Below the pieces are notes generated by a model. That model was not told where the DNA came from. It made no database searches and saw only the letters and a program-made list of their open reading frames with translations. 64,000 bases of DNA from an uncultured Candidatus Binatia bacterium (GTDB lineage: Bacteria; Desulfobacterota; Binatia; Bin18): the NCBI GenBank assembly GCA_965204455.1, contig CBDBEO010000001.1:390135-454134 (forward strand), given 5' to 3'. Shown here piece by piece: positions 28,999 to 38,581 of the stretch (position 1 is the first letter of the stretch; each line of letters starts with the position of its first letter). The translations under genes were made by a program, and so were the position numbers.

Positions 28999-29796
28999 TC
29001 AGGCCGATTGGGCCAGCTCGGCCAGCAGGCGGCGCGCCCGCGCGCCGTCGGCCGGCAGCTCAAGGGCGGCGTACAAGTCGGCCGCCTGGCTCAGATAGGC
29101 CCGGGCCGGGCGCTGAGCGTCGGTCTGACCGGTCCGCGCCAGAAACTCGCCCAGGGCCAGTGCGCTGTGCGCCTGGAAGGGACGGCTGTGCATCTGCTGG
29201 GCGTAGTCCAGGGCACGAACCAGATGGCTCCGGGCGGCCGGCCGGTCCGACGGCTCGCGCTGGGCCAGAATACGCCCCAGGACGCGGTGGGCCGAGTACA
29301 CAAACCAGCGGCTGTGGCTGTGCTCGGCTTCGACGAGGACAGCGGTGGCCACGCGCAGGGCTTCTTCGCCACGCCCCAGGCCGAGCAGGGCCTCGGCATA
29401 CCAGCTGCCGAGCAGCTCGGCGTACACGCCCTTCTGCTGCCAGCTTGTGGCCAGACTGGTGATGGACGGGCTTGGCGCCTGCCCGACCGCGCTCAGCAGG
29501 CCCGCGTATTCGTGGACGGCGCCGGCCATCAGCAGCGAGGCCGGGGCGCCGACCTCCCGCATCAGGTCTAAACCAGCGCTGGCTTCGCGCTCGGCCAGCT
29601 CGGCCTCACCCCGCAGGGCGTGCAACAGCGCCAAACCCCAGTGGGGCAGAGCCTGGGGCAGGTGACGCAGGTGTTGGCTGGCCACCGCCTTGGCCTGGCC
29701 CAACTGTCGAAAGCCTAGCGCCAGATCGCCCAAAAACCCGTGGCACAGTCCGGCCACGGCCAGACTGTGCGGAAAAAAATAAACGACGTTTTCCAT
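28999..29796 (-). pseudogene. C-terminal TPR/helical-repeat fragment of a large signal-transduction ATPase (cyclase/AAA/TPR family). Probably the 3' remnant of the gene whose 5' part is at 31271-32716.
   Basis: Ala/Leu-rich TPR-like repeats (ALLGLGRGEEALRVATAVLVEAEHSHSRWFVYSAHRVLGRIL...LALGEFLARTGQ). Its start codon lies in an AT-rich junction. An 8-bp repeat is shared with the 5' fragment. Confidence 0.5.
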
Positions 29797-29858
29797 TTCC
29801 CCGTTTTGCTAACTCTTGCAAGCGCCCCAAAATAAGGGAAATGGATATGGATACTGTC

Positions 29859-30383
29859 CTACTTTGCCCCGACTGCCGGGGCGGGTTTCCATAATTTATC
29901 CCCGTGGGTGCAGATCAAGAGGTCCGAGTCTGGGGGGCACTCCCCCCACAGGATGGGCTTATCGCCCAGCGTCTCGAACTGCTGCAACAGGCGGCGGAAG
30001 TCCCGAAAGAAATACGGGTCTTGCACGATAAAGTGTGGGGGGATCGTCGGCATGAACTCCGCGATCCTCGTGCGATTCTCGGGCATGCGGAGCAACACGT
30101 TTAGGGCCTCGATGAGAAACCACATGGCCACGGCCGAGTCCCCCTCAATGGCACGCTCAGACAGCCGGAAGAGCCTGTCGTCAAACGCCTTGCGTTCCCG
30201 TTCCTCTGCGCGGTCCAGGCGGGCCATTTCCTGCCAGTACTGATTGATCGCTCGGCGCCGGAGTTCCGTTCTCGCCTCCTCCGGCGTGAAGCGCGGGGCC
30301 TCTGGGGTGTCGCCCTGCGCACGTGCGGGGGGGCTGCTGATGAGGACAAGAGGGAGGACAACACAGGACACCAGACGGGACAT
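29859..30383 (-). CDS. Secreted hypothetical protein (174 aa) within the segment separating the two cyclase-gene fragments.
   Basis: Signal peptide MSRLVSCVVLPLVLISSPPARAQG. No family recognised. Confidence 0.45.
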   Translation of the reverse strand: MSRLVSCVVLPLVLISSPPARAQGDTPEAPRFTPEEARTELRRRAINQYWQEMARLDRAEERERKAFDDRLFRLSERAIEGDSAVAMWFLIEALNVLLRMPENRTRIAEFMPTIPPHFIVQDPYFFRDFRRLLQQFETLGDKPILWGECPPDSDLLICTHGDKLWKPAPAVGAK

Positions 30384-30751
30384 GGGCGGAACCCTTGGCC
30401 TTTCCCCGCCCAATGAGTAGAATACGGTCTTAGCCCAGCGCTGCCCGATCCACCTCATCGAGCGGTGTTGGGGCCCGCGCTGAAGTCGTTTGCCGCGGTT
30501 CAACGCGAGGCACGCCACCAGTTCTGTTCGCCCGGCGAGGGATGCCGGGCCGTATCGACCTCATAGCAACGATGTGAATGAGTCCTGCGCGTTCACCACG
30601 GCGCGGGTCATGACTCCCACACGTCAGGTGGCTGTTCTATTGGGCAGGCGACCCGACCCACGGATCGTTCCCAAAGGCCGATGGGGGACATCGTGACAGG
30701 ATGGGCGGGGAAGTGCAACCGCGCGGCTTGACACGGCCCCCACGGGGGGGA

Positions 30752-31211
30752 TTAGTCAGCGAGGAACAGAAACCGTTCCAGGAAGACCTGCACCGCCTTC
30801 CAGAGCTGGTCGTGGGGAAACTCCAGCACGGGCGTGGCCTCCGATGTCAGCGTCACGACAATGCGACATTGCAGCGCTTCCGCGTCCCACCGGGTCGTGA
30901 TCACCCCGGTCCTGGGCGGGTGCGGCGCCCCCGCTTCCGGGAGCACCGTGACCGCAATCGTGCCCGCCAGGGCGTCGTACTCGAACTGACAGGCTCCCAA
31001 ATCCCCCCGTCGCACTCTGGCAGGTGAGGCTCAGGTGGTGGGGGCCTTGCCGCGCTGGGGGCAGGGCATAGGTGATATCCAAGGCCGCCGTGCGTTCTTC
31101 CGCATTCGCGCGCTGGAGATCGACACTCACAATGGCGCGGAGGTCCGGCCAGAGCCGCTGCATGTCACACTTGGCCCGCTCGGCAATCCAGTTGGGACGG
31201 GTGATGCTCAT
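30752..31211 (-). pseudogene. Hypothetical ~150-aa protein gene split by a frameshift in a G6 homopolymer (plus-strand C6 at 31003-31008).
   Basis: The N-terminal part is in one frame (...LSLTCQSATGG) and the C-terminal part in another (GDLGACQFEYDALAGTIAVTV...). Adding one G restores a continuous ORF. Confidence 0.5.
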
Positions 31212-31270
31212 TGCACTCTTCTAGCAGAAATGCGTGCCCCAGACAGCACACCATTTTTTATTTTTCCGCG

Positions 31271-32716
31271 TCAGCTATTTTTTCCCCGGACAGGCAGGTG
31301 ATGAATCTCCGGCAGCAAGGAGTGCAGGAAATCCAGGCTCCGCCGATCAAGCCATTGCAGATCTTCGAGCAGGAAGGCCAGCGGCTGGCGACGGCTCTCA
31401 GCCACGATCTGGCGTTTGATCCCGGTTTCAACCTTGTGCAGCCGGGCTTCAAAAGGCAGGCAGGCGATTGCCGGCTCTTGACTCTCCACGCCCAGTAATT
31501 CGAGCAGCAAAGCCAGGAGCGCAGCGTCCGGGACGGCGTGCGTCGGCGTCAGGGTACGCAGGAGTTTTGTCCGATACGTGGCCGGGTCGTCCTGTTCACC
31601 GATCCGACAGTACTGCTTGAACATTTCGACCCAGGGCAGATAGGCCCGCGTTCTGCCATACGGAAAGGCGGCGCCTTCGATCAGCAGATAGTGGTGTTGC
31701 TGCAGCGTGGCTTTGAGTTCTGCCAGCAGACGCGATTTGCCCACCCCGGCCTCGCCGACCAGCGTGACAATCTGACCCTGGCCGCCCGCAGCCAAGGCGG
31801 CACGCTCGTCCAGTTGTTCGCGTTCGTGACTGCGTCCAACAAGCGGCGATAGGCCGTGGGCCGCCCGGCGTGAGCGGGTAGCGCTCGCGCCCAGCAGGGC
31901 GTAGGTGGCAAGCGGGCTGGAGACGCCTTTGACGCTGGTCCGCCCCTTGGCCTCGAAACGGAACCCGGCTCTGGTCAAGGCATAGGTCCGGGCCGTCACC
32001 AGGCTTGAACCGGGGGCGGCCAGCGATTCCATCCGGGCGGCCAGGCCGACGGCGTGACCCACGGCCGAGTAGTCCATGCACAAGTCGTCGCCAATGGTCC
32101 GCACGACCACCTCGCCGGTGTTGATGCCGACCCGGATCTGGAGCCCAATCCCGTGGCTGCGGCGAACCTCGGCCGCATAGCGACCGACCTGCTCATGCAT
32201 CTCCAGAGCGGTATGCAGGGCCCGCTGGGGATGATCTTCGAGGGCCAGGGGTGCGCCGAACAGGGCCATGATGCCGTCGCCCAGGATACGGTTGACCGTC
32301 CCTTCAAAGCGGTGCACGGCCTGCATCATGAGCTGCAGACACGGATCGAGCACGCGTTTGGCCTCTTCGGGATCGAGCCGCTCCATGATGTCCATCGAGC
32401 CTCTGATGTCGCTGAACAGAACGGTGACGATTTTGCGCTCGCCCTCAAGCGCGGTCCGGCCCGACAGAATACGCTCAGCCAGATGGTCCGGCGTATAGGC
32501 AAGAGGAGCCGGGCTGCTGCCGGTGGGGTGCGGGTGCAGGAGGGCGGGAGAGGCCGAGTCAACGCGGTCCAGGGACGCCCCGCACGTCCCACAAAACTTT
32601 TTCCCAGCCGGCACCTGGCTGCCGCAACTCGGGCATGCCAGGCTGAGGCGCGCGCCGCATTCTTCGCAGAACTGAATCCCGTCCCGATTGGCGGCCTTGC
32701 ATGTGCTGCACTGCAT
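31271..32716 (-). pseudogene. 5' fragment of a signalling protein. It has a double zinc ribbon, a class III adenylate/guanylate cyclase catalytic domain and the N-terminal half of an AAA (AAA_16-type) ATPase domain. It is truncated just after Walker B.
   Basis: CxxC pairs (CSTCKA...CEECGA...CPSCGS...CGTCGA). VTVLFSDIRGSMDIMERL...GDGIMALFGAP (cyclase homology domain). GEAGVGKSRLL (Walker A). LAFLLEDLQWLD (Walker B), then ...HHLPVRGKNS* inside an A-rich stretch. Confidence 0.6.
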
Positions 32717-32749
32717 AGCCTCGCCTCAGTCCCCGGTTCGGAATCGGCC

Positions 32750-33574
32750 TCAGGGGCTCAAGAATTGACTCACCAGTTCGGCCACCCGCTGCGGCTGTTC
32801 CAGCAGCAGGCTGTGTGACGAACCCGGAATTCTGACCAGCTGCGCCCCGGCAATCGCAGCCTGAAACAGCTCACCCAGGGCGACCGGAGCGAGTTTGTCC
32901 TGCTCGGCCCAGATAATCCGGGTCGGCGCGGTGATCCGAAACAGCCGCTGTTGAAGACGCGGGTTGTACAGACAGGGCGGCTTCCAACCGAGCCGGGCGG
33001 CGACCATCTGGGCCTTGTAGAACAGAAAGTTGGCGGCCGGAGACATGTCGTCGGGGATGGCGCCCAGGGCCAGTTCGGAGTTCGGCTCCTGAAACAGCAG
33101 CTCGCGCACCTCGTGCTGGCCGCCCTCGGCTTTGGGGGTGACGGTATAAAAGAAATTGCCGATTCGCGCCTCGGGCGTGGACACCCCGAGCGGGTTGATC
33201 AGCACCAGCTTGCGTAGCCGGTGTGAGTAGCGGCTGGCGAATTCGGCCGCCACCCAGCCGCCCAGGGACGCCCCGACCAGATTGACGGTGTCGAGCCCCA
33301 GCGTATCCAGCACGTCCAGGCAGAAAAAGACCGCGTCTTCTATGGTATCGAGCTCGTCAAAGCCCTGACTGTCGGCATAGCCGGGCAGGGCCGGCGCGGA
33401 CACGGCAAAAGAGGCGGCCAGGGCTTCGTGAAAGGCGGTAAAGCCGGCCGTCTCGGGCAGGCTGTGAATATCGGCCAGGAGGCCGTGGAGGTAGAGCAGC
33501 GGCGTGCCGCTGCCGCCCCGCAGGAGCTGAACCGTGCTGCCACGGACACTAAGCGTCTCGGTCGTGAGAGCCAT
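32750..33574 (-). CDS. Alpha/beta-hydrolase-fold protein.
   Basis: LLYLHGLLAD..., nucleophile elbow GASLGG, C-terminal SSHSLLLEQP. Confidence 0.8.
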   Translation of the reverse strand: MALTTETLSVRGSTVQLLRGGSGTPLLYLHGLLADIHSLPETAGFTAFHEALAASFAVSAPALPGYADSQGFDELDTIEDAVFFCLDVLDTLGLDTVNLVGASLGGWVAAEFASRYSHRLRKLVLINPLGVSTPEARIGNFFYTVTPKAEGGQHEVRELLFQEPNSELALGAIPDDMSPAANFLFYKAQMVAARLGWKPPCLYNPRLQQRLFRITAPTRIIWAEQDKLAPVALGELFQAAIAGAQLVRIPGSSHSLLLEQPQRVAELVSQFLSP

Positions 33575-33611
33575 ACTCCATCTTTCCTGTCAGGCGGGAG
33601 GCCCGTTTCGC

Positions 33612-34880
33612 TCAGGCGCGGGCGTCCCGGCCCCGGCCGGCTTGGCCGGCTTGATCCTCTTGGTCCTTTTGGGCGTGGACTCCGGGCAGCGCGGCAAACG
33701 CGGCATCGGCGTGTTTGCGGACATAGGGAAAGACATCGTTGGCCAGAAACTCCATATTTTTACGGGTCAGATGATCGGGCAGACTGCCGAACTGGGGCAG
33801 GGCCAGAATATTGCCGACCTTGAATTCGAGCACGTACTGGAGCAGTTTTTCGCGCACCGTCTCCGGGCTACCGATCAGGACTGAGCCGCCCGCCTCAACG
33901 TCGTCCCAGGTCGTGGCGTGGCCGAGCTGCCAGCGGGCATGCCCGCCGCCGGGATCGTTCAGCTTTTGCAGCCGCTCCAGGGATTTCAGCGAGGTATAGC
34001 CCGGCGGCATCCACGTCCGACCCTTGCCGGCAAACCCCTTGAGGAGTTTGTCAATAAAATACCAGATATGCTCCTCGGCCTCTTCGCGCGCCTTTTGCTC
34101 GGTCTCGGCCACATACATGGGCACCAGCCAGCCCAGCATTTCCGGGTGGTAGGGGTGTTTGCCGACCCGCTCGACCGTCTGCTGGAAGAAGGCCGCGTTC
34201 TGGCGGAAGGATTCGACGTGGGAGTAGGTCAGGGCGGCGTAGGTGAAGCCGCGCTCGGCGACCAGCTCCATGGTTTCGACACTGCCCACGCCGGGAATCC
34301 AGATCGGCGGATGGGGCTGCTGGACCGGGCGGGGCCAGACATTACAGTACTGGAACTGGAAATGCTTGCCGTCCCAGCTGAACGGTCCCGGGTCGGTCCA
34401 GGCTTTGACGATCAGATCGGTGGCCTCCCGAAAGCGCTCGCGGGCATAGGTCGGGTTGATGTTGTAGGAATAGTACTCCGGGCCGCCGCCGACCACAAAG
34501 CCGGCGTCAAACCGGCCCCGAAACATGTTGTCCAGCATGGCGAACTCTTCGGCGACCTTGAGCGGCACCTCGTACAGGGGCAGGCCGTTGCCCAGCACCA
34601 TCACCCGGGCGGTCTGGACCCGCTGGGACAGGGCGGCGGCAATCAGATTGGGCGAGGGCATGATGCCGTAGGCATTCTGGTGGTGTTCGTTGATGACCAC
34701 CCCGTCAAAGCCGATGTCGTCGGCATAGGCCAGCTGGTCGATGTACTGGTGGTACACCTGCGGACCGCGCTCGGGGTCGAACAGCCCGTTTGAGCAGGTC
34801 ACCCAGGCCGTGTCGTAGGTGTCCTCAAAGTTGTCTGGCAGATGGGGCCAGGGCATCAGGTGGAACATCCAGAATTTCAT
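33612..34880 (-). CDS. LLM-class (luciferase-like) flavin-dependent monooxygenase/oxidoreductase.
   Basis: Bacterial-luciferase-family TIM-barrel signature (GFDGVVINEHHQNAYG...). 422 aa. Confidence 0.75.
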   Translation of the reverse strand: MKFWMFHLMPWPHLPDNFEDTYDTAWVTCSNGLFDPERGPQVYHQYIDQLAYADDIGFDGVVINEHHQNAYGIMPSPNLIAAALSQRVQTARVMVLGNGLPLYEVPLKVAEEFAMLDNMFRGRFDAGFVVGGGPEYYSYNINPTYARERFREATDLIVKAWTDPGPFSWDGKHFQFQYCNVWPRPVQQPHPPIWIPGVGSVETMELVAERGFTYAALTYSHVESFRQNAAFFQQTVERVGKHPYHPEMLGWLVPMYVAETEQKAREEAEEHIWYFIDKLLKGFAGKGRTWMPPGYTSLKSLERLQKLNDPGGGHARWQLGHATTWDDVEAGGSVLIGSPETVREKLLQYVLEFKVGNILALPQFGSLPDHLTRKNMEFLANDVFPYVRKHADAAFAALPGVHAQKDQEDQAGQAGRGRDARA

Positions 34881-35039
34881 CGCGCTTCCTCCTGAGCGAG
34901 CGTTCGGCTGAGGTCTACCACAGCCACCCGACCTTGCAAAGGCTTGGCGCGTCCACGTGCCCGCGTGCGACCGCGATTGCCAGGCCGCCCGCGCTGCGGC
35001 TACAATCCGGGATCATGTCGGACACAAGGAGGGAAACCG

Positions 35040-35921
35040 ATGACTCAGCTTCCAGACGATCTGCTCGCCTTCATGGAAACGCTCAAGCCCCCCAAGGGCG
35101 TCAATCCGGCCGATCTGTTGATCAAATACAACGACCTGATGAACGGCAACCCGCCGCCGGTTGGGGCTGTGCACGATGACGTGCTGCTCAGACAGGTGGC
35201 GGGCTGGCGGCTGAGCGCCGACATCAGCGTGCCCACGAACCCGGGACCTCACCCCGTCCTGGTCTACTTCCACGGTGGAGGCTGGACCATGGGCAGTCCC
35301 AAGACCCACCTGCGCCTCGGCCGGGAGTTTGCCGCCGCCGGCTATCTGACCGTCAACGTCGACTATCGTCGCGCGCCCAAGCATCGTTTTCCGGCCGCGT
35401 TCGACGACTGTCTGTTCGCCACCCAGTGGGCGGTCGAGCACGCCGCCGAGTACGGGGGCGACGCCCAACGTCTGGCCGTTGGTGGCGACTCGGCCGGGGC
35501 CAACCTGGCCGGCGGGGTCCTGGCCGAGTGCAGCCGCAATGGCGGACCGGCCATCAAGGCCGGCCTGCTGCTGTACGGGGTGTTTGATTATCATGCGGCG
35601 CTGGCCGGCCTGGGCACACCGCACGCCAAGCAGCAGTTGTATCTGCCGGTCGAAGACTACGAGACGCTGCGCGAGGATCACCGGGTCAGCCCGCTGTACG
35701 CGTGTGACGGCTTTCCGCCGTGCTACCTCGCGGTCGGCACCAAAGACCCGCTGCTGGCGGAGTCACACGCCCTGGCCGAAAAACTGTCGGCGGCCGGGGT
35801 GGAGCACGAGCTGCATATTCTTGACGGCGCGCCGCACGCGTTCTTCCAGCTGCCGCCGCTGCCCGCCTACGCCGAGGGCTATCGGCGGGCCGGCGCGTTC
35901 CTGGATACGCATCTGAAGTAG
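35040..35921 (+). CDS. Alpha/beta-hydrolase esterase/lipase of the hormone-sensitive-lipase (family IV) type.
   Basis: HGGGW oxyanion motif (VYFHGGGWTMGS), GDSAG nucleophile motif, AGGAGGGAAACCGATG RBS. Confidence 0.85.
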   Translation: MTQLPDDLLAFMETLKPPKGVNPADLLIKYNDLMNGNPPPVGAVHDDVLLRQVAGWRLSADISVPTNPGPHPVLVYFHGGGWTMGSPKTHLRLGREFAAAGYLTVNVDYRRAPKHRFPAAFDDCLFATQWAVEHAAEYGGDAQRLAVGGDSAGANLAGGVLAECSRNGGPAIKAGLLLYGVFDYHAALAGLGTPHAKQQLYLPVEDYETLREDHRVSPLYACDGFPPCYLAVGTKDPLLAESHALAEKLSAAGVEHELHILDGAPHAFFQLPPLPAYAEGYRRAGAFLDTHLK

Positions 35922-35985
35922 GACGGCGGTTGCCAACGGGTGGGGTGGCAACCGCATTGTGAGGATTGGGGAGGGCTGCTCCCGG

Positions 35986-37443
35986 CTACTTGCCGCTGGC
36001 CAGCTTCCAGTCCTCGCCCAGTTCCTCGGACACGCTGACCAGGGTCTCTCGCAGGATGGTGACCATCTCGTCGATCTGCTGTGTGGTGATAATCAGCGGG
36101 GGGCACAGGGCGATGACGTTGGACCCGCCCATGCGGGTCAGCAGCCCGCTCCGCAGGGCGCGTTCCCAGACCCGCGTGACCAGCTTGGTCTCGGCCGGGA
36201 ACATCTCCTTTGTGTGTTTGTCCTTGACCAGCTCAATGGCCGCTACCAGCCCCTTGCCGCGAACATCGCCGACAATCGGGATATCCTTGAGCGTGGCCAG
36301 CGCCTTTTGCAGATAGCGGCCCTGTTCGCGGGCTTTCTGGACCAGCTTTTCATCCTCGATGATTGCAAGATTGGCCAGCCCGGCCGCACACACGGTGGGG
36401 TGGCCGGTATAGGTGTAGCCGTGCCAGAAAGCCTGGTCGCCGGCCTGCAGAAAGGTCTGGAAGATTTCTTCTTTGAACAACACCACTCCGAGTGGCAGAT
36501 AGCCGCTGGTAATGCCCTTGGCCGAGACCAGGATATCGGGGCCGACGCTGGACGAGGCGAACATGGTGCCGGTCCGGCCGAATCCGGTGATGACCTCGTC
36601 GCACACCAGCAGAATATTGTGCCGGGCGCAGATTTCACGGATTTTGGGCAGCCACTCCTTGGGCGGAACGATAACGCCGCCCACGCCCTGTATCGGCTCG
36701 GTCACAAAGGCGCCGATCGTCCCGGCGCCCTCGCGCTTGATGATCCGTTCGAGTTCGTCGGCGCAGTCGACCTGACAGGCGGGGTAGGTCTTGCCCAGCT
36801 CGCAGCGGTAGCAGTAGGGCCGGGCCATATGGATGACGCCCGGCAGACCGGGCTCGACCTGCTCGTTGAACAGCGGGATGCCGGTCAGGCTGGCCGCCCC
36901 GCTTGAGGTGCCGTGGTAGCCCTGGTTGAGGCTGATGAACTTGGTCTTCTCGGGCTTGCCCTTGGCCTTCCAATAGGCCCGGACGAGGCGGATCATGGTT
37001 TCGTTCGATTCCGAGCCGCCCGAGGTGAAAATCACCCGCCGCAGGCCCTTGGGGCCGATCTTGGCCAGCTTGGCGGCCAGCTCAACGGTTGGGGCTGAGG
37101 TCGGGCCGATGAGGGTCGGGGCGAAGGCCAGCTGATCCATCTGGGCGGCAACGGCGCGGCTGATCTCTTTGCGGCCGTGGCCCACATGCACGTTCCACAG
37201 CGAGGCCAGGCCGTCGAGATAGCGCGTGCCGTCCGTATCCCACAGATACACGCCCTCGCCTCTGACGAAGATGGGCATGCCGCGCTCCTGATGCAGGCTC
37301 AGGGGCACGAAGCCGTGGACCAGATGCGCCTTGTCCTGCTGGTGCAGGGTCTTGGCCCGTTTGCGATCCATGGGGGTCGGCGCTGCGTTGGCTCGGGAGC
37401 GGAGGGGGATCACCTTGGCCGATTTTTTTGTTGTGTGTGGCAT
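35986..37443 (-). CDS. Class III (omega-type) pyridoxal-phosphate aminotransferase.
   Basis: SGGSESNETMIRL, ILLVCDEVITGFGRTGTMFA (PLP-Lys region), DILVSAKGITSGYLPLG. Start approximate (37443 or 37368). Confidence 0.8.
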   Translation of the reverse strand: MPHTTKKSAKVIPLRSRANAAPTPMDRKRAKTLHQQDKAHLVHGFVPLSLHQERGMPIFVRGEGVYLWDTDGTRYLDGLASLWNVHVGHGRKEISRAVAAQMDQLAFAPTLIGPTSAPTVELAAKLAKIGPKGLRRVIFTSGGSESNETMIRLVRAYWKAKGKPEKTKFISLNQGYHGTSSGAASLTGIPLFNEQVEPGLPGVIHMARPYCYRCELGKTYPACQVDCADELERIIKREGAGTIGAFVTEPIQGVGGVIVPPKEWLPKIREICARHNILLVCDEVITGFGRTGTMFASSSVGPDILVSAKGITSGYLPLGVVLFKEEIFQTFLQAGDQAFWHGYTYTGHPTVCAAGLANLAIIEDEKLVQKAREQGRYLQKALATLKDIPIVGDVRGKGLVAAIELVKDKHTKEMFPAETKLVTRVWERALRSGLLTRMGGSNVIALCPPLIITTQQIDEMVTILRETLVSVSEELGEDWKLASGK

Positions 37444-37538
37444 GCTCTTCCTCCCTGTGGCTGACGTGTTGACACGGTCCTCTTTTGGGGCAGTATACTC
37501 CTTTCGTTCCATTTTCCTATGCCAACGGAGGAAGCGAT

Positions 37539-38555
37539 ATGAAAACGCAGCGGCTGGGCCGAACCGGGCTCAAAGTGTCCGAACTGTGTCTGGGAACCAT
37601 GACCTTTGGACGCCAGTGCGACGAAGCGCTGAGCTTTGCCATCATGGATACCGCGTGTGAGGCTGGGGTCGATTTTTTTGACACCGCAGACGTCTATCCG
37701 GTCGGCGGGGATGCCTCGACGGTCGGCCGCACCGAGGACATTGTCGGAAAATGGCTCAAGGGCAGACGCGAGCAGATTGTCCTGGCCACCAAGTGCTGGG
37801 GCGCCATGGGACCCCAGCCGAATGATCGTGGCCTGTCCCGCAAGCACATCCTGGCCGCCATAGACGAGAGTCTGCGCCGGCTGCAAACCGACTACATCGA
37901 CCTCTATCAGGTGCACGCGCCGGATCTCGACACCCCGATAGACGAGACCCTGGCGGCGCTCGACGACGTGGTGCGGCAGGGCAAGGTCCGTTATATCGGC
38001 TGCTCGAACTTCCAGACCTGGATGCTGGCCAAAGCCCTGTGGACCAGCGACAAACACGGCCTGGCCCGTTTCGACTGCGTACAGCCGCGCTATAACATCC
38101 TGTTCCGGGAAATCGAACATGAGCTGCTGCCGCTGTGTCGCGATCAGGACGTCGGGGTGATCCCCTACAATCCGCTGGCCGGCGGCTTTCTGACCGGCAA
38201 GCATATGGCCAACCAAGCCAGCCAGGCCCCCTCGTCCGAGACGCGTTTCGCGCTCGAAGGCCGGGCCGGACGCACCTACAAGAAGCGCTACTGGCAGGAG
38301 GCCCAGTTTGCCGCCGTGGCCCACCTCCACGAGTTCTTCTCGGCCCGCAACAAGCCGCTGGCCCAGGTTGCGATTGCCTGGGTGCTGGCTCAGGACGGCA
38401 TCACCTCGCCAATCGTCGGAGCCACCTCGCCCGAGCAGCTGCGCCAGTCGCTGCCGGCGGTTGAGCTGAGCCTGGACGAAGAAGAGCTGGCGGTGTGCGA
38501 CGCGGTGTGGTTTGAGCTGCCCCGGCTCAAAGACCCGATGGTGGCGCTGCGCTGA
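37539..38555 (+). CDS. Aldo/keto reductase family oxidoreductase.
   Basis: MKTQRLGRTGLKVSELCLGTMTFG...DFFDTADVYP...IDLYQVHAPD...VRYIGCSNF. GGAGGAAG RBS. Confidence 0.85.
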   Translation: MKTQRLGRTGLKVSELCLGTMTFGRQCDEALSFAIMDTACEAGVDFFDTADVYPVGGDASTVGRTEDIVGKWLKGRREQIVLATKCWGAMGPQPNDRGLSRKHILAAIDESLRRLQTDYIDLYQVHAPDLDTPIDETLAALDDVVRQGKVRYIGCSNFQTWMLAKALWTSDKHGLARFDCVQPRYNILFREIEHELLPLCRDQDVGVIPYNPLAGGFLTGKHMANQASQAPSSETRFALEGRAGRTYKKRYWQEAQFAAVAHLHEFFSARNKPLAQVAIAWVLAQDGITSPIVGATSPEQLRQSLPAVELSLDEEELAVCDAVWFELPRLKDPMVALR

Positions 38556-38581
38556 GCCCGGGCGGTCAGCGACCGCTACGT

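Noticed and set aside
29904-31301. Plus-strand ORFs (29904-30104, 29908-30243, 30701-31027, 31035-31301) inside the intervening segment
   Set aside because: Short, Arg/Pro-rich, and overlapping better minus-strand ORFs. No motifs.
35959-36906. 315-aa plus-strand ORF opposite the aminotransferase
   Set aside because: Antisense to a clear class III aminotransferase.
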